Counted from the stretch's first letter, positions 1-9,305 are shown. The stretch: DNA of 10,476 nt from Armatimonadia bacterium (GCA_039683575.1 JBDKRC010000060.1:1-10476), one strand, 5' to 3'. The notes: a model not told the origin generated them from the sequence alone. A program made the numbers and translations.

Positions 1-572
1 AGATCGGAACGACCATCCAGTGGCTTGCCGCGGACCTGCTCGGGGGAGGCGTACTGGGGGGTGCCGAGGGTCATGCCGGTGCTGGTGAGACGGTATTCGT
101 CCATGGCCTTGGCGATGCCGAAGTCGGTGACGACCGGGCGACCGCGCTCGTCGAACATGATGTTGGCGGGCTTAATGTCGCGGTGGATGACGCCGCGCTC
201 GTGGGCGTAGTCGAGGCCGTCGGCCACCTGGGCGGCCAGCTCGGCGGCATCGGAGAGCGGCAGGGCGCCGTGGGTGCGCAGGCGCTGGTCGAGGTCGCCG
301 CGCAAGAGCTGCATGACGAGGTAGGGAACGCCGTCCGACTGGCCAGCGGCGTAGACCTGGGCGATGTTCGGGTGGCCCTCCAGACGGGCCATTTTGTTGG
401 CCTCGTCGGCGAAGCGGGCCGCGACGCCGGGTTCTGAGGCGAGGTGAGGCGGCAGGACCTTGACGGCCACGCGGCGCTGAGGGGCCTGCTGCTGGGCCTC
501 GTACACCACGCCCATGCCGCCATGGCCGATTTCCCGGATGATCTGCAGGTTGGCGAAGGTGTCCCCTGTCAT
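1..572 (-). CDS. Hanks-type Ser/Thr protein kinase A, N-terminal ~190 codons (3' end outside window)
   Basis: Not in the ORF track because it runs off the edge. ATG at 572 reads MTGDTFANLQIIREIGHGGMGVVY...VAVK...HRDIKPAN...DFG...GTPQYASPE...DGRSD. Colinear with 1562-2133 (offset 1561). No obvious Shine-Dalgarno upstream. Confidence 0.93.
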   Translation of the reverse strand, partial: MTGDTFANLQIIREIGHGGMGVVYEAQQQAPQRRVAVKVLPPHLASEPGVAARFADEANKMARLEGHPNIAQVYAAGQSDGVPYLVMQLLRGDLDQRLRTHGALPLSDAAELAAQVADGLDYAHERGVIHRDIKPANIMFDERGRPVVTDFGIAKAMDEYRLTSTGMTLGTPQYASPEQVRGKPLDGRSD

Positions 573-609
573 GTTATTGGCCCATTGCTGAAATGCGGCA
601 GTGCGGGCA

Positions 610-2133
610 TTAGCCATCGCCCCCGCTCTGAAGCGGCGGCGGATGCTTCCGAACTGAGGTTATCTCATATCGCGACCCGACGCGCCTCTCATATGGCGGC
701 GCATCTTCTGGAACGTCCGGATTGAAACGTCTCTCCAGCGTGACCAGAAGCTTGCGATTGTCCCGCAACTTCACTGTGCAACCTGCGCAATCGCCGGTAG
801 CACCTGTATAGTCGAGATCGATTACGACGGAAGTGGCCCGGGGAAAGGCCCGTTTCACAAACTTCACGGGATCCTCATCTTTACGACTGAGGGTAACGAC
901 GGGTTTGGTGCTGCTCTTGGGCCGTGCAGGTACTGCTGGTGGCGCGGCTGGTTTGGGGGGTTCCGGCAGCTCCGCCGGTTCCGGGGCCGCGATCGCCTGG
1001 GCGGGTTCGGACGCCGGAGTAGCCGGAATGGGCGTGAACGGGTTGGCCATGGTATTCGCCGGCACGGAAGGTGGCAGGGGATCGGCCCCCAACACCTGCG
1101 AGACATCGGCGGTGGGCATCGGCGGTACGGGAGGTGCGGCGACCGCGATCATGCCGGTGCTCAGCGCGACTGCCCCGGCGAGCAGCGCCATGACACCGAG
1201 GGCAGCCAGCCCGATCACGAGAGGCGCCACGGGCCGCCGGCGGGGGCGGGCGGCGGGCATTACCCTGGTTGGCTGCGGCTGTGCCGCGGGCGGGGTGTAG
1301 CCGGGCTGAAGGATGGCACGTGGCAACTGCTGCGCGCGCAGGGCTGCGGCCAGGTCACGCCCGTTATTGAAGCGCTGGCTGGGGTCCTTGGACAGACAGC
1401 GGAGGATGATCCGCTCCAGGTTAGCGGGCATCCCCGCGAGGAAGTCTCCCAGCCGCCGGGGTTGCTCCTCGATGTGCTGCATGGCATAGCCCATGGGGCT
1501 GTCAGAGGTGAAGGGAAGCCGGCCGCTGATCATCTGGTAGAGAACGATGCCAAGCGAGTAGAGATCGGAACGACCATCGAGTGGCTTGCCCCGGACCTGC
1601 TCGGGGGAGGCGTACTGGGGGGTGCCGAGGGTCATGCCGGTGCTGGTGAGGCGGTATTCGTCCATGGCCTTGGCGATGCCGAAGTCGGTGACGACCGGGC
1701 GACCGCGCTCGTCGAACATGATGTTGGCGGGCTTGATGTCGCGGTGGATGACGCCGCGCTCGTGGGCGTAGTCGAGGCCGTCGGCCACCTGGGCGGCTAG
1801 TTCGGCGGCATCGGAGAGCGGCAGGGCGCCGTGGGTGCGCAGGCGCTGGTCGAGGTCGCCGCGCAAGAGCTGCATGACGAGGTAGGGCACGCCGTCCGAC
1901 TGGCCGGCGGCATAGACCTGGGCGATGTTCGGGTGGCCCTCGAGGCGGGCCATCTTGTTGGCCTCGTCGGCAAAGCGGGCCGCGACGCCGGGGTCTGCGG
2001 CGAGGTGAGGCGGCAGGACCTTGACGGCCACGCGGCGTTGAGGAGCCTGCTGCTGGGCCTCGTACACCACGCCCATGCCGCCATGGCCGATTTCCCGGAT
2101 GATCTGCAGGTTGGCGAAGGTCTCGCCTATCAT
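610..2133 (-). CDS. Membrane Ser/Thr protein kinase B: kinase domain, TM helix, Pro/Ala linker, ~100-aa unrecognised C-terminal domain (507 aa)
   Basis: GHGGMG Gly-loop, VAVK Lys, HRDIKPAN catalytic loop, DFG, GTPQYASPE, DLYSLG. RPRRRP followed by hydrophobic VAPLVIGLAALGVMALLAGAVAL. AAGGA 6 nt upstream of the ATG. Confidence 0.95.
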   Translation of the reverse strand: MIGETFANLQIIREIGHGGMGVVYEAQQQAPQRRVAVKVLPPHLAADPGVAARFADEANKMARLEGHPNIAQVYAAGQSDGVPYLVMQLLRGDLDQRLRTHGALPLSDAAELAAQVADGLDYAHERGVIHRDIKPANIMFDERGRPVVTDFGIAKAMDEYRLTSTGMTLGTPQYASPEQVRGKPLDGRSDLYSLGIVLYQMISGRLPFTSDSPMGYAMQHIEEQPRRLGDFLAGMPANLERIILRCLSKDPSQRFNNGRDLAAALRAQQLPRAILQPGYTPPAAQPQPTRVMPAARPRRRPVAPLVIGLAALGVMALLAGAVALSTGMIAVAAPPVPPMPTADVSQVLGADPLPPSVPANTMANPFTPIPATPASEPAQAIAAPEPAELPEPPKPAAPPAVPARPKSSTKPVVTLSRKDEDPVKFVKRAFPRATSVVIDLDYTGATGDCAGCTVKLRDNRKLLVTLERRFNPDVPEDAPPYERRVGSRYEITSVRKHPPPLQSGGDG

Positions 2134-2161
2134 GCCAAGTCCTTTGTTCCCTGTCGCGCGG

Positions 2162-2293
2162 CGACCGCAGCGGTCGTGCGGGGAGCGCTGCTACCCATCA
2201 TGTTCGCGCTCAGGGGAGCGCTCCTACCCATCGCGTTCGCGCTCGCGGGGGAGCGCGAAAACGTCAGGATCGCGCTCAGGGGAGCGCTCCTAC
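2162..2293. repeat. Four 33-bp-period units, REP-like (GTAG plus palindrome on the minus strand)
   Basis: TCGCGCTCAGGGGAGCGCTCCTAC is identical at 2204-2227 and 2270-2293; its reverse complement is GTAGGAGCGCTC-CCCT-GAGCGCGA. Degenerate copy ends at 2194. Variant unit 2228-2260 has a perfect 9-bp stem TTCGCGCTC/GAGCGCGAA (2236-2259). Confidence 0.85.
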
Positions 2294-2296
2294 CGG

Positions 2297-3936
<1,640 letters not shown>

Positions 3937-3940
<4 letters not shown>

Positions 3941-4923
3941 GCCTTGGTGGAAGCGATACGGATGATGCCATAGACGCCGAGGCCGAGGCCCAGCACGACG
4001 AAGGTGGTGCCGAGCCAGGGGAAGCCGGCAGGCTGGGGCTGAGCGGGGGCAGCAGGGGGCGGAACGGCCGCCTGCGCAGGTGCGGTGGCGCGCGGCGGCG
4101 CGGGCAGTGACGTCGGGATCGTGTCCGTGACGCGCGGGAGCTTCGGGTCAGGCGCTGTGGCGGCGGCTTTGGCGGGCCCGCGCGGGGCGGCTGAGGCTCC
4201 CTGCTTTTGGTACTTCAGGCCAGCCTGGTCGAACATCGCCTCACACATGATGAGCTGGTACTTGATCCGCTGCTCCAGCGGCATTTGCTTGCAGGTCTCG
4301 ATGGAGGTGGCCGGTATGCCGAGGCGGGAGTAGGCGTTGTAGGTGGGGCAGGTCTTATAGGGGGCGACGTAGGGCGTGAACTTGTGCTTGGGGTTGGAGA
4401 TGCGGGCGTTCGCGGCCTGGATCGCCGGGGCGAAGAAGGTGTTCATCTCCACGAAGTCGTGGGTGAGGGTCTGGCCGAAGCGCTTGGGGTCTTCGCTGTG
4501 GTAGCCCACCGATTCGTGCAGGGTCACGAGCATGTCGGCTCGCGATTGCTTGATCAGCGCCCAGATCTGCGCGGCGAGGCGTTCCATCGGCGTGCCGCTG
4601 GCTCTGCCGGGGAACATGGCGTTCATGTTGCCGGGATAACCACGCTGGTTGGCCTTGATGGCCGCGACGTGGGCATCGGTGATGAGATAGAGCGTGCCAG
4701 CGGTGATCTGCCAGTTTTTGAGCTTACGGGCCGCGAGATAGCCGGCGGTCTCATTGCCATGGCAGCCGCCGATGATGAAGACGGTGGGGCCGGGCTCGGC
4801 GCCCTGTTTCACATAGCAGGTGGTGGCATAGGGCGTGCCGGCCATGATCGGTATGGTTTTGGTGGTTTCGGCCATGAGAGCGGTCATGGCGAGGACTGAG
4901 AGGCAGATGACGAGGTAACGCAT
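3937..4923 (-). CDS. Secreted, C-terminally membrane-anchored zinc peptidase of the M14 / succinylglutamate desuccinylase-aspartoacylase clan (328 aa)
   Basis: Signal-like MRYLVICLSVLAMTALMA; GPTVFIIGGCHGNETAG (HxxE); LVTLHES (third Zn ligand); SIET (putative catalytic Glu); Pro/Ala linker; C-terminal TM FPWLGTTFVVLGLGLGVYGII. Start moved from 4977 to ATG 4923, 2 nt after the kinase D stop, with GGAGG upstream. Confidence 0.88.
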
Positions 4924-4925
4924 GA

Positions 4926-6506
4926 CTACTTTTTGCCTCCGCTTTCCTGCGTGAAGGCTTCCGAGCTTATCAGCCACTCGCCGTTAACCAGCTTGAAGGT
5001 GAGAGACTTGGTGCCTGTGTCCCGCCATGTGTTGCTGTCATACTCCTGGTAGGCGCGGACCTTGGCCCAGTTGTCGTGAAGCTCGATCTCCGGTTCCCTG
5101 GAGTCAATGCTGATCCAGCTCTTCTTGGCGAAATCCTGCCTCATCTTCTCAGCCAGTTTGGCCCGGTCCTGGTAGCCACTGCGGCGGGCGCGGTAGACCT
5201 TGCAGTCGGAGGTGTAGCAGGAGAGATAGGTATCAAGGTCCCGCGCCTGCCAGGCGCTCAGCCAGCGGTCGTAGGTTGCGTGTATTGAGGCAGTCGCGTC
5301 GCCAGAAGAGGACTGATCCGAGTCATCCGGCGGATCGGGACCGACAAGGGCACCGGCCGGTGCGCCTGGCGCCGGGGCGGCTGGAGCGCCGGGAGCGGCA
5401 GGAGCCTGGGAGGCCGGATCAGATACCGCGGGCGGCGGTGGTGGCGGGGCGCCTGGCGCTGCTGCGGGGTCGGCGATCTGCGCCGCGGCCGGGGGCGTTG
5501 GCGGCAGGTTGAGGCGCGCGAAGGCCAGGACGCCGAAGAGCAGGCACATGACGCCGAGGGCGGCGATGGCAATGCCGGCCACGGGGACGCGCCTGGCTGG
5601 CGGTGGGGGCGGAGGTGGCGCGTAGTAGGGCGCCTGCCCGATTACCGTCGGGGCCGGAGCGGGGGCCTGGGGCACGTACTGGGGCGCTATGCGCTGCCAG
5701 TTGATGGCGCGCAGGGCCTGGGCGAGGTCGGCTCCGTTGGCGAAGCGCTCGCCGGGCTCCTTGGCGAGACAACGCAGGATGATGTTCTCGAGGTCGGCGG
5801 GGATGTCGGGCCGCAGGAGGGCCGGGCGGGTCGGCGGGTCGGAGACGTGCTTCATGGCGAGGCCGATGGCGCTGCCGCTGTCGAAGACCGGCCGCCCGCA
5901 GACCATGCGGTAGAGTACCACGCCGAGGGAGTACAGGTCGGAGCGGCCGTCTACGGGGTTGCCTTTGACCTGCTCGGGAGAGGCGTACTCGGGGGTGCAG
6001 ACGGCCATGCCGGTCATCGTCTGGCGGATCTCGTCAGCGGCCTTGGCGATGCCGAAGTCGGTCAGGACCGGCAGGCCCTGGGTGTTGAACATGATGTTGG
6101 CAGGCTTGATGTCGCGGTGGACGAGGCCGCGCTGGTGGGCGAAATCGAGGGCCTCGGCCATCTGAATGCCGAGGTTGACGATCTCAGGCAGAGGCATCGG
6201 CCCGGCGGCCAGACGCTGTTCGAGGTTGCCCCCGGCCAGGAGGGGCATCACGAAGTAGGCGAGGCCGTCCTCTTCGCCAGCGGCATACACGGCCGCGAGG
6301 TGGGGGTGGCCGTCGAGGCGGGCCATGAAGTTGGCTTCCTCGCGGAAGCGCCGGGCGACGTCGGGGGAGCCGCTGAGTTGAGGCGACAGTACCTTCAGCG
6401 CGACGAGGCGCTGGGGGCTTTCCTGGCGGGCCTCGTAGACGAGGCCCATGCCTCCGCGACCAAGTTCTCGCAGAATCTCACAGCCGCCGATCTTCCTGCC
6501 GATCAT
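4926..6506 (-). CDS. Membrane Ser/Thr protein kinase D with C-terminal NTF2/SnoaL-like domain (526 aa)
   Basis: GRGGMG, VALK, HRDIKPAN, DFG, CTPEYASPE. TM VPVAGIAIAALGVMCLLFGVLAFA. C-terminus YDRWLSAWQARDLDTYLSCYTSD...FKLVNGEWLISSE fits the NTF2-like pattern. Start moved from 6635 to ATG 6506: AAGGAG 5 nt upstream and MIG start shared with paralogues. Confidence 0.95.
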   Translation of the reverse strand: MIGRKIGGCEILRELGRGGMGLVYEARQESPQRLVALKVLSPQLSGSPDVARRFREEANFMARLDGHPHLAAVYAAGEEDGLAYFVMPLLAGGNLEQRLAAGPMPLPEIVNLGIQMAEALDFAHQRGLVHRDIKPANIMFNTQGLPVLTDFGIAKAADEIRQTMTGMAVCTPEYASPEQVKGNPVDGRSDLYSLGVVLYRMVCGRPVFDSGSAIGLAMKHVSDPPTRPALLRPDIPADLENIILRCLAKEPGERFANGADLAQALRAINWQRIAPQYVPQAPAPAPTVIGQAPYYAPPPPPPPARRVPVAGIAIAALGVMCLLFGVLAFARLNLPPTPPAAAQIADPAAAPGAPPPPPPAVSDPASQAPAAPGAPAAPAPGAPAGALVGPDPPDDSDQSSSGDATASIHATYDRWLSAWQARDLDTYLSCYTSDCKVYRARRSGYQDRAKLAEKMRQDFAKKSWISIDSREPEIELHDNWAKVRAYQEYDSNTWRDTGTKSLTFKLVNGEWLISSEAFTQESGGKK

Positions 6507-6834
6507 TGTGGCTCCTTCCGCTTTGCGACCAGGGCCAGCGCCGGGTGAGGGCGAGGCCGGCGACGAGGAAAACATACAGCCAGCAGGCTGTGTATATCGC
6601 GGGCCCCGCCGCGTTGTGTGCAGCGGCGCGGGCATATTGGCGATGGGCCATGCAGATGAAGCTGTGGGTCATCCCGCACATCCGGCAGCCGCGGTGTGGC
6701 TGGATGGCGAGGCCCCCGAGAGTACGCCAGGCCGGCCCGTGATCAAGTTGCTGTTCGGTGCTGGTGGCAGCGAGGCCGAGCAACACGACGGCGATGATCC
6801 AGAAGGCGGGCAGCAGCCAACGGGCAGCCAGCAC
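6478..6834 (-). CDS. DUF2752-like small membrane protein (118 aa; start uncertain)
   Basis: N-terminal hydrophobic helix, CRMCGMTHSF matching the CxxCGMTR-type family motif, AAAHN segment, second hydrophobic helix. Fills the gap between the FHA gene and kinase D. GTG start; overlaps the kinase D start by 29 nt. Confidence 0.8.
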   Translation of the reverse strand: MLAARWLLPAFWIIAVVLLGLAATSTEQQLDHGPAWRTLGGLAIQPHRGCRMCGMTHSFICMAHRQYARAAAHNAAGPAIYTACWLYVFLVAGLALTRRWPWSQSGRSHNDRQEDRRL

Positions 6835-6862
6835 TACCCCGATGTCGTTGAGGAGGCGGCTG

Positions 6863-7660
6863 CTAATTTAAGTTACCCATGGAGGAGAGAGTAGCCATGC
6901 TGCCCCCCAGGCCAACGACTTGAAGAATGAAGACAATGACTGCCAGGAAGATGCCGATGCCGCCGAGGGCATATTCGCGGCCAACCATCGAGAGAATGCC
7001 GAGAATGATCGCGGCGATGCCGCCGGGCCAGCCGATCCAGCCACAGCAGAGGCCGCCGAAGAGCTGAATGCCGGCGGTCATGGCGCCCAGGACTATGGAA
7101 GCCACGCCGAGGCCGCGTGCGGCCGCGGGCGGTATGGCTGCAGGCTTGGGCGGCAGGGGCGCGGGGCCGCCGAGACCGGAGGAGTAGCCGGGGGCCGGGG
7201 GCGGCGGAGGTGGCACATAGCCCGGCGCGGGTGGTGGCGGAGGCGCTACGTAGCCCGCCGCGGGGCTGGGCGGTGGCGGTGGCGGAGGCGCCGGAGCGAC
7301 AGGCGCCGGACCGGGGGCAAAGGGGCTTACCGCCGGATTGGCGTAGCTGGGCACAACCACGGTGGCTGCGCTGTCGAGTTCGATAACGCTGGCATCGAGG
7401 GAGCCGAAGGTAATCTGTGATCCCGGGTACAGGGGAGTGGGGCCGTAGAGGCGGGTACCGTTGAGGATGGTGCCGTTCGCGCTGCCGAGGTCGGTGAGGG
7501 TGTACTGCCCCCCTACCATATCTATCTGCGCGTGCCGCCGGGAGACCGAACCGTGGTGCTCCGGGATGTGGAGTTGTGCCTCGAGGGCGCGCCCGATGAC
7601 GGCTGGCGTCGCCGTGGCGCTTACTTCCGTTCCATCGGCAAGAAGAAGGCGGATTGCCAT
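6863..7660 (-). CDS. FHA-domain membrane protein: N-terminal FHA, Pro/Gly/Tyr linker, C-terminal multi-TM region (DUF4190-like) (265 aa)
   Basis: FHA motifs VIGR, VSRRH, DLGSANGT. Three hydrophobic C-terminal segments including GLCCGWIGWPGGIAAIILGILS. GGAGG 6 nt upstream of the ATG. Confidence 0.93.
   Translation of the reverse strand: MAIRLLLADGTEVSATATPAVIGRALEAQLHIPEHHGSVSRRHAQIDMVGGQYTLTDLGSANGTILNGTRLYGPTPLYPGSQITFGSLDASVIELDSAATVVVPSYANPAVSPFAPGPAPVAPAPPPPPPPSPAAGYVAPPPPPAPGYVPPPPPPAPGYSSGLGGPAPLPPKPAAIPPAAARGLGVASIVLGAMTAGIQLFGGLCCGWIGWPGGIAAIILGILSMVGREYALGGIGIFLAVIVFILQVVGLGGSMATLSSMGNLN
7184..7262 (-). repeat. Intragenic 33-nt (11-aa) tandem repeat GYV(A/P)PPPPPAP
   Basis: TAGCC (Gly-Tyr on the minus strand) at 7185, 7218 and 7251; protein reads GYVAPPPPPAP-GYVPPPPPPAP-GYSS. 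Confidence 0.8.
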
Positions 7661-7760
7661 CTCAGACCTCCCCTACAGTGCTGAGAGTCGTGCGTCAGCT
7701 GCGGAATTACCCCTGTGTTTGCCCTCCACGCTCACCCGCCACTCTACCCGCCTGTCATGG

Positions 7761-7787
7761 ATGCGGCAAAGACGGGATTTCTTCCCG
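7761..7787 (-). promoter_or_regulatory. Putative promoter or operator of the leftward operon: CGGGAAGAA ... GCAT (GGAA-N17-GCAT)
   Basis: Minus strand reads CGGGAAGAAATCCCGTCTTTGCCGCAT, about 100 nt upstream of ATG 7660. Same motif and spacing as the rightward copy. Confidence 0.5.
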
Positions 7788-7876
7788 CCGCAAATCTCAG
7801 GCGCCCATGGATTGGTATTTCCCCTTGCTGCACCATTTTCCTCCGCATTGGCGTGGTTGAGTTTTGTTCTCACTTT

Positions 7877-7903
7877 CGGGAAGAACTCAGCAGGTTGATG
7901 CAT
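7877..7903 (+). promoter_or_regulatory. Putative promoter or operator of the rightward operon: CGGGAAGAA ... GCAT (GGAA-N17-GCAT)
   Basis: Reads CGGGAAGAACTCAGCAGGTTGATGCAT, 43 nt upstream of ATG 7947. A further CGGGAAGAAC lies at 7911-7920. Confidence 0.5.
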
Positions 7904-7946
7904 GTATTGCCGGGAAGAACACCGCAACACCATGCGCGGGGGCGCC

Positions 7947-9287
7947 ATGAGAAGCCGCGACAGTAGGCCAATACTCTCCATAGCTCGCTTTGCCGGCCTT
8001 GTTGCGGCCCTGTCCTGGGCTGTGGCAAGCCTGGCGCAGGTTCCCGCCGGGTCGCGCGCGGTCATACAGCGCTCGGACGACCTACTGCGCGAACAGCGGT
8101 TCGGCGCGACCTACACTGACTTGCGCAACGAGGGTCAGAGTCTGGCCGCGCTGCTCGAGCAGATGAAGCCAGAGCTTTCCCGGCACAGCCACGGCGCGCA
8201 GGCTTCCCAACAGTTCGCGGCCACCAGCGCTGCAGTGAAGAAGCTCATAGGCAGCCTTGCTTTCGTGGACAAGCTCCAGACCAGTTATTCCCTGGCCACG
8301 GTACGATTTCAGACTGAATCAGGTACCGGCTCCTCCCAACTCACCCCCGTCCAGAAGCAGCAAGCCCGCACCAGCATGATCGCGATGCAGCAGCTTGAGA
8401 AGAAGTGTGGCGCTGCCTACGGGCAAATCCCGCCTCTGGTGAAGTCCCTGAGAAGCAGTCAGAACTCGCTTAACCCGTCGGACCCGCGAGTGCAGGAGGC
8501 AGACCAGCGGCTGGACCGCATGTCCGAGTTGCTGAAGACCACTCAGGGGCAGCTTACGGAGCTACAGACCGCGGCGCGGCAAGCAGAGGGCGTGCTGGCG
8601 GAGCTGAGTAGCACCCGGGGCGGCCGGACCAGGGGCACGGCGCTGGCAAACAAGGCCGACACGCGAAAGGCCAGCCCCAAGGCGGCCTCGACGGAGGCCA
8701 AGGCAGCCGGGGAACTGCCGGCAGTGCTGCCCACTCCTCCGCCCACCATGGCGTTGCCTCAGGAGCCAGTGGTGGAGACGGTGGGCGTACCCGCTGCTGA
8801 GGAGTCTGTGACCCCGCCCGCCGAGCGGAAGAGCTCGCCGCTGCTGTTGATCGGCATCCTGGTGCTGGTGGCAGGCGTCGGGGCCATGACGTGGGTTCTC
8901 ACGCGCTACCGGCTGAGGGTACCGCCTCCGGCCGAGGCGGTTGTGACGCCGCCGGCCGAGGCCCCGCGGCCACCGTCGGCAGGACCGATGGCGATGCTGC
9001 AAAGGGGCGGACGACAGCTACTGATCAGCTCGACCGAGACGACGGTGATCGGCCGCGCGGCGGGACCAAACTCGGTCCAACTGGATGACGTGGGGGTCTC
9101 GGCGCGCCATGCGACGTTGGAGCATGTCAACGGCCAGTGGCTGCTGCGGGACCTGCAGAGCACCAATGGGACCTTTGTGAATGAACAGCGGGTCTCGGTT
9201 GCCGAAGTGCACGACGGCGACCGGATACGCTGTGGCGGCGTTGAGTTAGTCTTTAGACCGCTGGCCCCTCGGACGGGCGGCCAGTAA
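7947..9287 (+). CDS. Receptor-like FHA protein 1: signal peptide, helical/coiled-coil ectodomain, TM, C-terminal FHA (446 aa)
   Basis: Signal-like FAGLVAALSWAVASLA; Q/E/K/L-rich helical region; TM LLLIGILVLVAGVGAMTWVL followed by TRYRLR; FHA motifs VIGR, VSARH, DLQSTNGTFVN, DGDRI. ATG 7947 preferred (G-rich run upstream, normal signal length); 7932 and 7902 are alternatives. Confidence 0.9.
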   Translation: MRSRDSRPILSIARFAGLVAALSWAVASLAQVPAGSRAVIQRSDDLLREQRFGATYTDLRNEGQSLAALLEQMKPELSRHSHGAQASQQFAATSAAVKKLIGSLAFVDKLQTSYSLATVRFQTESGTGSSQLTPVQKQQARTSMIAMQQLEKKCGAAYGQIPPLVKSLRSSQNSLNPSDPRVQEADQRLDRMSELLKTTQGQLTELQTAARQAEGVLAELSSTRGGRTRGTALANKADTRKASPKAASTEAKAAGELPAVLPTPPPTMALPQEPVVETVGVPAAEESVTPPAERKSSPLLLIGILVLVAGVGAMTWVLTRYRLRVPPPAEAVVTPPAEAPRPPSAGPMAMLQRGGRQLLISSTETTVIGRAAGPNSVQLDDVGVSARHATLEHVNGQWLLRDLQSTNGTFVNEQRVSVAEVHDGDRIRCGGVELVFRPLAPRTGGQ

Positions 9288-9305
9288 CATCCTGAGGAGG
9301 GATAG

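Noticed and set aside
1-2133. Diversity-generating retroelement template/variable repeat pair, or simple assembly duplication
   Set aside because: Differences are mostly synonymous and not adenine-specific, no reverse transcriptase is in the window, and 20 scattered substitutions with unrelated upstream flanks argue against an exact-duplicate artefact.
2236-2261. Intrinsic terminator at the 9-bp hairpin
   Set aside because: On the transcribed minus strand the T-run precedes the stem instead of following it; better explained as one unit of the REP-like cluster.
2162-2293. CRISPR array interpretation of the periodic palindromic repeats
   Set aside because: Variable parts are only 9 nt and partly similar to each other, repeats are degenerate, and no cas genes are present.
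6507-6635. N-terminal extensions given by the ORF track for kinase D (6635), peptidase (4977) and FHA receptor 1 (7902)
   Set aside because: Downstream ATGs have better ribosome-binding sites, match paralogue starts or signal-peptide position, and avoid long overlaps.
7661-7685. CTCAG/CTGAG inverted repeat around the FHA gene ribosome-binding site as a translational switch
   Set aside because: Only a 5-bp stem with the SD in the loop; expected by chance.
7673-8065. Short ORFs within the divergent intergenic region (7673-8065, 7654-7860, 7715-7966)
   Set aside because: No recognisable motifs, they overlap real genes, and the region is better explained as a divergent promoter.
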